From: an uncultured Clostridia bacterium
GTDB lineage: Bacteria > Bacillota > Clostridia > TANB77 > CAG-508
Reading direction: 5' to 3'
DNA length: 64,000 bases
Assembly (NCBI GenBank): GCA_949388605.1
Contig: CASKJV010000007.1
Coordinates: 16,689 to 80,688, forward strand
Positions within the stretch are counted from its first letter, which is position 1; each line of letters opens with the position of its first letter. Made by a program: the position numbers and the translations under genes. This document shows, piece after piece, positions 51,551 through 61,706 of this stretch. The notes under the pieces are model-generated. The model was not told the origin of the DNA. It ran no database searches and was given only the letters and a program-made list of their open reading frames with translations.

Positions 51551-52942
51551 TTAAAATTCACAATTTTTTGGTGTTCTAGGGAATGGTATTACATCACGAA
51601 TGTTTTGCATACCAGTAATATACATTATTAATCTTTCAAATCCAAGCCCAAATCCGCTATGAGGAACACTTCCATATTTTCTTAAATCTAAATACCACCA
51701 ATAATCTTTTTCATCCATATTTAAATCTTTTATTTTACTTTGCAGAATTTCTAAACTATCTTCTCTTTGGCTTCCACCAATTATTTCTCCAATTCCAGGA
51801 GCTAAAAGATCTGTTGCTGCAACAGTTTTTCCATCTGGATTTAATTTCATATAAAATGCTTTTATTTCTGCTGGATAATCAGTTACAAATACAGGTTTTT
51901 TGAAAATTTGTTCACTTAAGTATCTTTCATGTTCAGTTTGTAAATCTGTTCCCCAAGATACTTTATATTCAAATTTATCGTTATGTTTTTCTAGTTCTTT
52001 AATTGCATCAGTATAAGTAATTCTTCCAAATTCAGAGTTTACTAAATTATGAAGTCTTTCAAGTAATGTTTTATCAATAAAATTATTAAAAAATTCCATT
52101 TCTTCTGGGCAGTTTTCTAAAACATAATTAATTACATACTTAAGCATGTTTTCTGCTAAATCCATGTCATCTTTTAAGTCTGCAAAACAAATTTCAGGTT
52201 CAATCATCCAAAATTCTGCTGCATGTTTTACAGTATTTGAGTTTTCGGCTCTAAAAGTAGGTCCAAAAGTGTATACATTTCTAAAAGCAAAAGCATATGT
52301 TTCAACATTAAGCTGTCCACTAACAGTTAAATGTGCTGGTTTTCCAAAAAAATCTTTTGAAAAATCAACTTCTCCATCTTCAGTCTTATCTACATTTTGT
52401 AAATCAAATGTATTTAAGTTAAACATTTCTCCTGCACCTTCAGCATCACTTCCTGTAATAATTGGTGTATGAACATATACAAAATTGTTTTCTTGAAAAA
52501 ATTTGTGTATTGCATATGATGCTGCTGAACGAACTCTAAATACAGCATTAAATGTGTTAGTTCTAGGTCTTAAATGTGCAATAGTTCTTAAATATTCCAT
52601 TGAATGTCTCTTTTTCTGTAAAGGATATTCTGGATCAGAAAGTGCCATGATTTTAACACTTTTAGCTTTTAATTCAAATGGTTGCTTTGCATTTTCTGTT
52701 TTTACTAAATCTCCAGTAACTGTAATTGATGAACTTAATGTTAATTTGCAAATTTCATCAAAATTATTTAATGTATTATCAAAAACAATTTGTAAATTTT
52801 TAAAGAAAGATCCATCATTAATTTCAATAAATCCAAATGTTTTAGAATCTCTAACTGTTCTAACCCAACCAGAAACTTGTATTTCTTTTGAATAATAATT
52901 TTCTGATTTTCTATATAAATCTTTTATTATAACATTATCCAT
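51551..52942 (-). CDS. asnS: Asparagine--tRNA ligase
   Basis: OB-fold N-terminus and class II motifs FRAENSNT...GFGLGFERL. Confidence 0.95.
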   Translation of the reverse strand: MDNVIIKDLYRKSENYYSKEIQVSGWVRTVRDSKTFGFIEINDGSFFKNLQIVFDNTLNNFDEICKLTLSSSITVTGDLVKTENAKQPFELKAKSVKIMALSDPEYPLQKKRHSMEYLRTIAHLRPRTNTFNAVFRVRSAASYAIHKFFQENNFVYVHTPIITGSDAEGAGEMFNLNTFDLQNVDKTEDGEVDFSKDFFGKPAHLTVSGQLNVETYAFAFRNVYTFGPTFRAENSNTVKHAAEFWMIEPEICFADLKDDMDLAENMLKYVINYVLENCPEEMEFFNNFIDKTLLERLHNLVNSEFGRITYTDAIKELEKHNDKFEYKVSWGTDLQTEHERYLSEQIFKKPVFVTDYPAEIKAFYMKLNPDGKTVAATDLLAPGIGEIIGGSQREDSLEILQSKIKDLNMDEKDYWWYLDLRKYGSVPHSGFGLGFERLIMYITGMQNIRDVIPFPRTPKNCEF

Positions 52943-53118
52943 AAGTATTCCTCCATTATTAATTCTTGAAACATTATATAAGAATATTATTTTTTTTTCA
53001 ATATATATTTGTTAAATACAATATTTAGTAAATATATAATTTGTTTATTTACTTTATAATTATAATTTCTAACTTAGTATAATTTATACGAATTTAGAAT
53101 ATTTTTTATTAAAAAGTA

Positions 53119-53147
53119 TTGACATTTCATAGTTGCGGAGTTATAAT
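53119..53147 (+). promoter_or_regulatory. Consensus sigma-A promoter of tRNA-Pro (TTGACA-17 nt-TATAAT)
   Basis: Read directly: -35 at 53119-53124 and -10 at 53142-53147. Confidence 0.75.
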
Positions 53148-53169
53148 AATCAATGTCTGTAAAAGATAT

Positions 53170-53245
53170 CGAGGTGTAGCGCAGTTGGTAGCGCGCGTGG
53201 TTTGGGACCATGAGGTCGCAGGTTCGATCCCTGTCACCTCGACCA
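53170..53245 (+). tRNA. tRNA-Pro (TGG), CCA encoded
   Basis: CGAGGTG acceptor stem, anticodon loop TTTGGGA, GGTTCGATCCC T-arm. Confidence 0.9.
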
Positions 53246-53246
53246 T

Positions 53247-53282
53247 AAAAATACTGAAAACAGCGGTTTTCAGTATTTTTTG
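53247..53282 (+). terminator. tRNA-Pro terminator
   Basis: ATACTGAAAAC-AGC-GGTTTTCAGTAT plus a T-run. Confidence 0.8.
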
Positions 53283-53385
53283 TTTTTATTCAAAATTATT
53301 CAGTAGTATCTCAAAATGCCTAAAAAGAGGCATTTTATCATTTGAGATTATTTTAAATTATTTAGACTAATACAGCGTTACAGAG

Positions 53386-53500
53386 TTTTTGTTAGATTTA
53401 TTGTTAGACTTGTCAAAAAAACTGTCTAACAATAACTAAATCTATGTAATCACTGAGTATAAAGGAATACATGGATTTTTATTAGAATTATTGTTAGACA
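53386..53500. promoter_or_regulatory. Cluster of TTGTTAGAC boxes, including a perfect 12-bp inverted repeat
   Basis: TTATTGTTAGAC-N14-GTCTAACAATAA at about 53396-53433; further boxes at about 53386 and 53488. Confidence 0.5.
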
Positions 53501-53826
53501 ATAGTATTTAAAATTATATGTAATTATTTAAGAATATAAAAAGAGAAGTATTTATTATTTCCCTTTTATGTTAAATTTATTCTCTCATAGATTCAATTAT
53601 CAAGTTGTTTGACAGATTATAACCATAAACAAAAGCCTTTTTCTTTCTAAATTGATTAGTTTTGCCTCTTTAGATGAGTAATCATCAAATATCTTGTACT
53701 ATTTTATTTTGCATATTATCATATAAATTTTTTTTTACTTTTATTTCAAATCCTTCATAATATTGTAAAAGTTTAAAAAATATGTTAATATTTTACAATA
53801 AAATATAGACAAGAGGTAATCAAAAA

Positions 53827-54831
53827 ATGTTTTTAAAACTTCCAGAAGAATACAATGGAACAGAAAAGGAATATAAAGCGAAATTAAGTATAGATACACC
53901 TTCATATTGGAAAGATATAGAAAAGGAAAAAACATATACAGATAATATGTTTCAGCAAATGCTAGAAGAATTAAATGATATGGAAACTGAAATGTTAATT
54001 AATAACAAGGAAACGAAAGTTAAACTAAAAATAGAAAAAAAGGCAGAGTTTAATATTTTTCTATTTATTAGGATGAATATTAACAGGATAGAATATAAAT
54101 ATGAAGTTGAAAAAGAATTTGAAGAAGAAGATAAAGATATTATTGAACTTATTCATATAGAAAAAATAATGGACGATTTTTATCAACAAATACAGAATTT
54201 TAAAATAGCAGTTAATATTAGTTATCCAGGATTATTAGAAATAAGAGAAACAGAAACTTATATAAATAATAAACATTACAAATATTCTAACAAACCATTA
54301 AGTTCTTTACTAATTTCTGTTACCGAAGCCAATAGAGATGAATGGCCTAAAATAAATATTATTAATATAAGTAAAAGTTGGAATTGGTTAAAACATAGAA
54401 AAGGTTTTATAAAAGGTATGGCTACTAACTCTATTGAAAGAGCATTAAGTGCACTAACTTATATATATGATTGCTATTCTTATGAGGACTTATTTTACTC
54501 TATAATAGTAATTGAAGCTATATATGTTAGAAGTAAGCAAGGAATATTAGAACAAATCAAAGAAAAAAGTAAGGCTATATTTGGAGAACCAAAAGATTAT
54601 ATGAAAAGATTAAAATATATGTACAATGTAAGGTCACGTTTTATGCATGGCGAACTAAATTTTCCACCACGATATTGTCCATATAATGATACTCAAGAAT
54701 TTATTCAATTTGAGGATAAAGAATATCTTAATGCATTAAATATGGCACAAGCTTTATTAATTGCAAGCATTCAACAATTTGTTTTAATAAACACAGAGGA
54801 AATAGAATTTGAACTTAAAGTAAAAAAGTAA
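53827..54831 (+). CDS. Hypothetical protein with a C-terminal HEPN-like (Apea/RiboL-PSP-type RSxxxHG) domain
   Basis: ...IIVIEAIY...LKYMYNVRSRFMHGELNF... (Rx4H); N-terminal 200 aa unassigned. Confidence 0.45.
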   Translation: MFLKLPEEYNGTEKEYKAKLSIDTPSYWKDIEKEKTYTDNMFQQMLEELNDMETEMLINNKETKVKLKIEKKAEFNIFLFIRMNINRIEYKYEVEKEFEEEDKDIIELIHIEKIMDDFYQQIQNFKIAVNISYPGLLEIRETETYINNKHYKYSNKPLSSLLISVTEANRDEWPKINIINISKSWNWLKHRKGFIKGMATNSIERALSALTYIYDCYSYEDLFYSIIVIEAIYVRSKQGILEQIKEKSKAIFGEPKDYMKRLKYMYNVRSRFMHGELNFPPRYCPYNDTQEFIQFEDKEYLNALNMAQALLIASIQQFVLINTEEIEFELKVKK

Positions 54832-55095
54832 TATAATGAAATCATATAAAAGTAAAATGTATATTAAAAGAGTACTTATATAACTCGTAACAAATTTTAT
54901 AACAAAAACAGTACTTTTGTTTATATTCATTAGTAAAATCGACATAAATATTTATACATAATTAACTAGCCGTTCAATTTATGTAATACCTCCTTTCTGT
55001 AAGATTTCCTTACCCACACTTTGTTTTTATAAAAAAAGCGAGATTTACTCGCTTCATTCTTTTATACTTTTATAATAAAGTTATGTAATTGGATT

Positions 55096-55311
55096 TTATT
55101 TCTCAACTAATAGATATGAACCATTTTCTTGTATTTCAAGTTTATATCCTGCACTTTCAACAGCTGAATTTATCTTAAAGATTTCTTCATTCTTACTTAA
55201 TGTGTTGTTAAGACTATCTTTAGAAGCCTTTACCATATTCATATACATTCCTATTATTATAATAATTAAAATTATTATAACTACTAAAAAAATTTTACTT
55301 AATCTATTCAT
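55096..55311 (-). CDS. Small membrane-anchored hypothetical protein
   Basis: SD GGAGGAG before the ATG; one transmembrane helix. Confidence 0.45.
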   Translation of the reverse strand: MNRLSKIFLVVIIILIIIIIGMYMNMVKASKDSLNNTLSKNEEIFKINSAVESAGYKLEIQENGSYLLVEK

Positions 55312-55697
55312 AATATACTCCTCCATTTCTTTTATACAACCTATTTATCATAAATATTATTTATCTTTAGATTTATAGTTTTGCATTATAAACTTTCATT
55401 TACTTTTTTATATATTTATATTATACCATAATATATCTATTATCTCAAAGTTTTTTATAGAACATATCTTACAAATCTTACTTTATAAAATTAAAATATT
55501 TCATCTTGATAAATTATTTTTCAGTAATCTTGATAATTTTTCTACATCTGCTACATATTGTATTATCGCTAATTATTCTTTAGTAAGTCACTTACTTATA
55601 TTTACATTTTTTATAAGAAAATAAAAATTAAAACTATTGAAATAAAAATTTAATATTGATACAATTAATATTATTAATTATATACTGGAGGAAAAGT

Positions 55698-56618
55698 ATG
55701 AAAGACAATAATAAACATTTGCTTAACGAAATTGACGAATTAGACGATAATGAAGAGCCTTTTAAGGTAAAAAATGAAAAAATTAGTTCTCATGAGAAAA
55801 TTTTCACAATAATAATTATATTAATTATTATTATTGCACTAATTGTCCTTTACTTATTTTATAAAGGAACTTATATAGTTTCTAATAAAACAAATACGCA
55901 AGACGATTTTTCATCAATTTTAGATAATCTTTATAATGACTCTATTGATGAATATGACGATGAATTTTATGATGACCATAATAATGAAGAATATTTTGAT
56001 CATTATAAAGAAGCAACTGAAAAATTCGAAACACAAAAAAACAATTTGACTATTACTTCCCAAACTCTAGATATAGATGGAAAATTAATTATTACACTTC
56101 ATAATGGAAATCAAGAAATTATTTATGATTTTTTAGTTGAAGTAATTTTTTATGATGGAGACAATAAACCTATAAAAATAGACGGAATACCTATAAATGC
56201 AATTGAGGCAAATTCAGATTATTATATACTTTTTGAGAATACACCAAAAGAATATACAAGATGTGATTTTCTAATTACAAAAGATTATTATAATAATATA
56301 TATATTTCACACAAAAATGATATTACATTTTCAGTCCAAGAAAATGTAAATTCTAAATATGGAAAAAATGTAATTGAAATTACTGGTAAAAATAATTCTG
56401 ACGATACAATTGAAGAAATTAATTTTGCTATATTATTTTATGATGAAAATAATAAAATTATTGCACTAAAAAATATATACGAATCTGAAATAAAAAAACA
56501 AAAAAACTTTAAAATTGATACTGAAAATGCATTCTATAGTTCTGAAACCTATGAAAATATTCCCTATAATAGATATGAAGTAATATTATTAGATGCAATT
56601 TCATATAACGAAAATTAA
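55698..56618 (+). CDS. Hypothetical membrane-anchored protein
   Basis: SD GGAGGAAAAGT before the ATG; one transmembrane helix followed by a beta-rich ectodomain. No family recognised. Confidence 0.5.
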   Translation: MKDNNKHLLNEIDELDDNEEPFKVKNEKISSHEKIFTIIIILIIIIALIVLYLFYKGTYIVSNKTNTQDDFSSILDNLYNDSIDEYDDEFYDDHNNEEYFDHYKEATEKFETQKNNLTITSQTLDIDGKLIITLHNGNQEIIYDFLVEVIFYDGDNKPIKIDGIPINAIEANSDYYILFENTPKEYTRCDFLITKDYYNNIYISHKNDITFSVQENVNSKYGKNVIEITGKNNSDDTIEEINFAILFYDENNKIIALKNIYESEIKKQKNFKIDTENAFYSSETYENIPYNRYEVILLDAISYNEN

Positions 56619-56667
56619 TAAAAAAATAAAGCTCTATACAGAGCTTTATTTTTTTATTACATATTTT

Positions 56668-56916
56668 TTATTCTTCGTTTTCATTTTCTTCTTTATTGTC
56701 TTTGTCTTTTTCTTCATCATTAGTATTTGAAACTTTTTTCTTTTTAACAGTAGGTATAATGACTTTTTTTCTATTATTTACAGAATCTTTTGGTCTTAAT
56801 GGATTCATACAATCATTAACTTCTGATATATTTAAAACAGATTCATCACCTATTATTACTTCGATTTCATCTTCGTTGTCTTCTTCTTTATTATGTTTAT
56901 TTGATTTTTTTAACAT
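56668..56916 (-). CDS. Hypothetical small charged protein
   Basis: SD GAGGTGA; K/E/D/N-rich, 82 aa. Confidence 0.35.
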   Translation of the reverse strand: MLKKSNKHNKEEDNEDEIEVIIGDESVLNISEVNDCMNPLRPKDSVNNRKKVIIPTVKKKKVSNTNDEEKDKDNKEENENEE

Positions 56917-57082
56917 CTTATCACCTCAAAATAAAACTAGAATTATATTATTTACAAAATCATTATAACATAGTCAATATATTGCGTCAATTACGATTTT
57001 TATTCGCTATTTCTATCCTATTTTAATCATAATACATTTGAACTCTATATATAATAATTACTTTATTCAGTTTTAATTTATC

Positions 57083-58702
57083 TTAACACTTTATTTCGTT
57101 TTTAATATTTGTTGATTCTGAATATTCTTTAAGTATAACTCTTTGATACTTATGATATACTAAATTAATAAATTCCTCTGGTCTTCCCCATAAAATTTTA
57201 TGATCCTTTTCTATTGGTTCTGTAACTTTTTTGTCAAACTTCGCAGTATATATAGTTGCAACAATTTTTAAATTACCTCTGGCCTCACTATATTCGTAAG
57301 ATATTATATTGTCAAGTAATTTAATATCTTTTAACTCATACCCTGTCTCTTCTATTAACTCTCTTTTTAGTGTTTCCAATGAAGTTTCATTATCTTCTGT
57401 TCCTCCACCAAAAAAGAAATATTTATCATCATATGCAATTGCTATATTTCTGTCATCATCATAAATAATTGCATATGCACATTTTCTTTCTGTATATTTT
57501 ATTTTAGAATCTTTTTTGCATATTATTCTAATATTATGTTTTCTCATATAAATTAATATATATGCCAATGTAATTTGGATAGTTAAAAGAATAGCAGATA
57601 AGCCTAACATATATTTAATCCCAATTTCAAACATTATTCCACATAAAAAGATACCAATAGCTTCACCAAAGTATCTCACTATATATCTAAAATTAGTATA
57701 TACAAATTGATACTCATTGCTAACTGCATTTATATAATATCCATCGCAAATATTTTCATATGCTGTTGAAATTAATAAAGACCATGTTATAGCTATTAAA
57801 TATACAACTATGTTATTTGCAAAAAACGCTATAGTATATGAAATAAGTCTTATTCCAAATTTTATAGTTATTGTTATGTAATCATTCTTTGGAGTAAAAT
57901 ATTTTAACGCAAGTATTCCTATTAAATCTGCTATTAATCCAACTATTAAAAAATAATTTGTTGCGGAACTATCCGTAAAGTTTAAGTAATTAGTAAATGT
58001 TAACATTTTTAATCCTAAAGCAGTTGAATATGCTATTGCTCCAATAAAAGTATATATTATATATGTAGATTGTAATTTACTTTTAGATATATATTTTAAT
58101 ACTGATATCTTCTGTTCTTTACATGCTTCAATATTCTGTGTACCAGATATTGTAAGTATTAATATTTCGGAAATTCCTAAAAACACCATAGAAATAAGTA
58201 AGCAAAAATTATAATTTACTAAAATTCCCAAAATACTTTTTCCTATTATTAAACCACCAATAAAAATTCCTAAATCTCTAAAAAGATATTCAGTTAATTT
58301 CCTTTTACTATAAATAGTATTATTCTTTACACTTACTGTTATTAAAGGATATATGCTAGTTGTAACTAAATAGCTAGTTACAACATCTATTATTATTGAA
58401 ATGCTGATTAAAATACTATTACCTGTACTATTTAAGTTTAATAAAACAAATATGTTTAATAACTTTAGAATTAGAATAACAGTTACAAATATTTTCAGTT
58501 TTTTTAATGATATATATTTTCCTGCTAAAAGTATTCCAATTACACTTATTAATGTTCCAATACTAATTATATTTCCAATATCTACTGTACAAAAACCATT
58601 ATCTTGCAACCATAATTCTCTGAAATTTTCCCATAGTCCAATAGAAATACTAAAAAAGGCTAACATCATTAGTATTTGATTTTCTGTTTTTAATTTCTTC
58701 AT
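57083..58702 (-). CDS. MFS-like 12-TM transporter fused to a C-terminal NUDIX hydrolase domain
   Basis: About 390 aa of transmembrane helices, then the Nudix box GGGTEDNETSLETLKRELIEETGYE. Confidence 0.65.
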   Translation of the reverse strand: MKKLKTENQILMMLAFFSISIGLWENFRELWLQDNGFCTVDIGNIISIGTLISVIGILLAGKYISLKKLKIFVTVILILKLLNIFVLLNLNSTGNSILISISIIIDVVTSYLVTTSIYPLITVSVKNNTIYSKRKLTEYLFRDLGIFIGGLIIGKSILGILVNYNFCLLISMVFLGISEILILTISGTQNIEACKEQKISVLKYISKSKLQSTYIIYTFIGAIAYSTALGLKMLTFTNYLNFTDSSATNYFLIVGLIADLIGILALKYFTPKNDYITITIKFGIRLISYTIAFFANNIVVYLIAITWSLLISTAYENICDGYYINAVSNEYQFVYTNFRYIVRYFGEAIGIFLCGIMFEIGIKYMLGLSAILLTIQITLAYILIYMRKHNIRIICKKDSKIKYTERKCAYAIIYDDDRNIAIAYDDKYFFFGGGTEDNETSLETLKRELIEETGYELKDIKLLDNIISYEYSEARGNLKIVATIYTAKFDKKVTEPIEKDHKILWGRPEEFINLVYHKYQRVILKEYSESTNIKNEIKC

Positions 58703-58734
58703 TTATTACCTCAAATTTATTATGTACTTATTAC

Positions 58735-58893
58735 TTATTTTTCTATATAAAAATTTACTTCTCTGCAATGTTCTTCTTCAAGTTCAAGACATGCTTCTCC
58801 ATTTATAAGATCCTTCTTTAAAGCAAATCTTAAGCATGTGTCCTTTCTAGAGCATTTTGAATTAGAACAACGACAATATATTTCTTCTCTCAT
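58735..58893 (-). CDS. 52-aa Cys-rich small protein (not in the ORF track)
   Basis: SD AAGGTGGA before the ATG; MREEIYCRCSNSKCSRKDTCLRF...CLELEEEHC. Confidence 0.35.
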   Translation of the reverse strand: MREEIYCRCSNSKCSRKDTCLRFALKKDLINGEACLELEEEHCREVNFYIEK

Positions 58894-59118
58894 TTTAAAT
58901 TCCACCTTTCTTTTGTTCTACTATTTAGTAGTAAATTTGATTTTAATATTATATCATAATGCAATAAATTTCGACAACATTTAATATATAAAATATTTCT
59001 CTAAATAATATGTAAAATAATTTAATTAAAAAAGTGAATGTAAAAAATGCGTGAATTGTTCACGCATTTTTATATGGAACTTTTTACAGTTCCTTTTTTA
59101 CTTTTATAAAATTTCATT

Positions 59119-61002
59119 TTACATTGATAATTCAATTTCTTTAAATAACTTATCAATTTCGTTATTTGATAACATTCCTTTTTCAATAAGAGCTTTAGCC
59201 AATCCATTTAAATATTGGCTCTTTTCCATAAGTAATTCTTCTGCATACTTCTGGCCTTCATCCAAAATAGCTTTTATACGCTCATTAATATCAGTAATCA
59301 TTTGTTCATTGTACATATGATTTGTGTCATCACTCAAAACAACAAAATTTTGAGAAAATCCCTCATCCAAACCATATCTGGTTACTACATCTCTTGCTAT
59401 TTTTGTTGCTCTTTCCAAATCTGAAGAAGCTCCTGCAGTAAGTGTTTTTGAATACATTTTTTCTGCAATCCTTCCAGCCAACAAAGTTCCAATATACTGA
59501 ATGTAATAATTTTTGTTATTGGATGGTGTAATATCAGAATCAATATCATATACATTTACACCTAAATACTTTTCAGCTGGTATAATCGATACAGCAAGCA
59601 TTGACATCTCTGTGAGTTCATCCGTGAATCTGTAAAGTATATAATGTCCAGCCTCATGATAAGCAGTTGCTGTTTTTATATCTCCCCTCATATTGTCAAA
59701 TTTCTTTTGATTGACATTAAAGTTATCAAGAATGTCGGCTTCAGTTACAGCGCTTCTTCCTTCCAGTTCTGCACATACCATGGTTTTATCCAGTAAATCC
59801 AAAGTTCTATCTGGATTCTTAGTTTGGAAATTAAAACAAGCAGCTTTAAGGATAACTGCATCAACTAGTTCTCTTGAAATAGTTGTATTATGCGCTTTCT
59901 CCAAAAGTTTAATCTGATTTTTTATCATATCATAAACTTCATACGATTTGGGCTCTCTTACTTCAATTCTTTCAAATCTACGCCTTAATGCAGAATCTTT
60001 AGAAAAGTATTTCTCATATTCATCGGCTGTAGTTGCTCCTATTACTCTGGTCTCTCCACGTGCTAACATTGGTTTTAGTGCATTTGCCAAGTCCAAATCT
60101 CCATCTCTACATGCTCCTGCGCCAAGTAAAAGATGAATTTCATCAACAAATAAAATACATTTGGGATTTTCTTCCAGAAACTGTATTAATTTCTTAAACC
60201 GATCTTCAGCACTCCCCCTATACTGGGTTCCTGCAACAATAGCATTAACGTCAAGACTCAACACAATGCTATCTTTAAGCTGTTGTGGGCAATTACCAGT
60301 AACAATCATCCATGTAAACATCTCTACTAAAGCTGTTTTCCCTACTCCCGCATCTCCTACTAATACAGCATTTCTTTTTTTTGTTTTCATTAATATTTTG
60401 ATAAGACTTTTGGTTTCTTTGTCTCTACCACATATATGGCATTCCTTACTGTCTTTATCATAATCTGTATTAAGCACTTTTAAAAAGCTACTCAGGCTTC
60501 TTGGTAATTCGAAATCTAACATTTGCATTCCTCCCATGTTGCTACCAGAATTTCTACTTTCTATTGTAGGAATAAAGGTCCTCATAATTAAAGAAAACTC
60601 TTCTGGATACAATTTGGAAAATGCAGCTGTTAAGTGAGATACTCCTATTAGTTCTGTACCATACTCTTTAACTGCAATTTTTCCAGCTTCTTCTATGATA
60701 TCTACTATTTCCTTATCCATAAAAAAAGTAACTTCCTCCATTGAAAATGGCACTATATCAAATTCTTCTTGACCTATTAGCAATTCGTTTAATAATTCCA
60801 ATTGTTTTTCTTTCATGTCTTCTTCTTTTATTCCTTTTGAAATAAAATAACTATACATTGGAGTATTTGGCATAGCATAAAGTACTAAAAAAAGAATTTG
60901 TTTTGGTATAAATTTAGTACCAAAATTCATTGATACTAGCCGTGCTGAACCAATTACATATTGAGCTGTCTCATCAATCTTATACACGTAACTTCCTCCC
61001 AT
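59119..61002 (-). CDS. Soluble chimeric AAA+ protease: Clp_N-like repeats, a ClpA/B D1-type AAA+ module and an FtsH-type M41 zinc peptidase
   Basis: GRDKETKSLIKIL...LVGDAGVGKTALVE, ILFVDEIH, ALRRRF; then AYHEAGHYIL, AGRIAE, GASSDLERAT. No transmembrane helices. A GTG at 60987 behind GGAGGA may be the true start. Confidence 0.7.
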   Translation of the reverse strand: MGGSYVYKIDETAQYVIGSARLVSMNFGTKFIPKQILFLVLYAMPNTPMYSYFISKGIKEEDMKEKQLELLNELLIGQEEFDIVPFSMEEVTFFMDKEIVDIIEEAGKIAVKEYGTELIGVSHLTAAFSKLYPEEFSLIMRTFIPTIESRNSGSNMGGMQMLDFELPRSLSSFLKVLNTDYDKDSKECHICGRDKETKSLIKILMKTKKRNAVLVGDAGVGKTALVEMFTWMIVTGNCPQQLKDSIVLSLDVNAIVAGTQYRGSAEDRFKKLIQFLEENPKCILFVDEIHLLLGAGACRDGDLDLANALKPMLARGETRVIGATTADEYEKYFSKDSALRRRFERIEVREPKSYEVYDMIKNQIKLLEKAHNTTISRELVDAVILKAACFNFQTKNPDRTLDLLDKTMVCAELEGRSAVTEADILDNFNVNQKKFDNMRGDIKTATAYHEAGHYILYRFTDELTEMSMLAVSIIPAEKYLGVNVYDIDSDITPSNNKNYYIQYIGTLLAGRIAEKMYSKTLTAGASSDLERATKIARDVVTRYGLDEGFSQNFVVLSDDTNHMYNEQMITDINERIKAILDEGQKYAEELLMEKSQYLNGLAKALIEKGMLSNNEIDKLFKEIELSM

Positions 61003-61214
61003 CTTAAATGCTTTGTTATTAAGTTAATTTGGTTATTAAAAAAGTAAATGTCACCTCCATTTTTAAAAGTATACATAAAAAGTTGATGTAACTATTTTAT
61101 AAAGATTTTTAACTTTTGTCAATACATATAGCTTTTATTTTAATACTTTTTTACAATTTTATAAATTCCTATTTTGATTTGCATTTTTTTACAACAAATA
61201 CTTTATATTATGTA

Positions 61215-61670
61215 TTAACTTTTATAATATTTTTCTATCCTTTTCCAATAATTTCTCATAAAATCTGGCATATTTGTTGGTTCATTATCTAGTGAGAACC
61301 ATTTAAAATCTAAAGATTCATCATCATTTATTTTTAAATTTCCATGATATGCAGTAATTTCATATATTGCTGTTATGTCATACAATTTATCTCCATTTGG
61401 ATATTCTCGATATGTTTCCTCTCCTGAAACTAAATCAATTAATTTAAGTGAATCTAAAATTAAGCCTGTTTCTTCTTCCAGTTCTCTTTTAGCAGTATTT
61501 TCTAAAGTTTCCCCTAATTCTAATCCACCACCTGGAAATCCCCACTGTTTATAATCAGATCTGAGTTGCATTAAAATTTCATTTTTTTCATTAAAAACAA
61601 CTAAAATAGTACCAGCTGTTAATATCGGATTGTGTCCTACATATTTTCTTAAATTTTCACAATAATTCAT
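61215..61670 (-). CDS. NUDIX hydrolase
   Basis: GFPGGGLELGETLENTAKRELEEETG. Confidence 0.9.
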   Translation of the reverse strand: MNYCENLRKYVGHNPILTAGTILVVFNEKNEILMQLRSDYKQWGFPGGGLELGETLENTAKRELEEETGLILDSLKLIDLVSGEETYREYPNGDKLYDITAIYEITAYHGNLKINDDESLDFKWFSLDNEPTNMPDFMRNYWKRIEKYYKS

Positions 61671-61706
61671 ATAGATTACTCTCCTTTCATTTATATTAAT
61701 ATTTAA

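Noticed and set aside
52943-53118. Looked for T-box leaders upstream of asnS (and of proS at 44059-44115).
   Set aside because: The regions are very AT-rich, lack the conserved T-box sequence and specifier architecture, and the proS gap is only 57 nt.
53119-53370. 83-aa ORF.
   Set aside because: It is made of the tRNA-Pro promoter, the tRNA itself and its terminator.
56915-56940. Possible attR direct repeat of the tRNA-Pro 3' end (TCACCTC...ATAAAA).
   Set aside because: Only about 7 contiguous matching bases, and these coincide with the SD region of the 56668-56916 gene. That is too weak to define island borders, and no integrase is present.
58912-58936. The CTACTATTTAGTAG palindrome resembles joined ends of the repeat family (ATTTAGTAG...CTACTAAAT); a possible empty target site.
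   Set aside because: It is a single short occurrence and cannot be distinguished from chance without genome-wide data.
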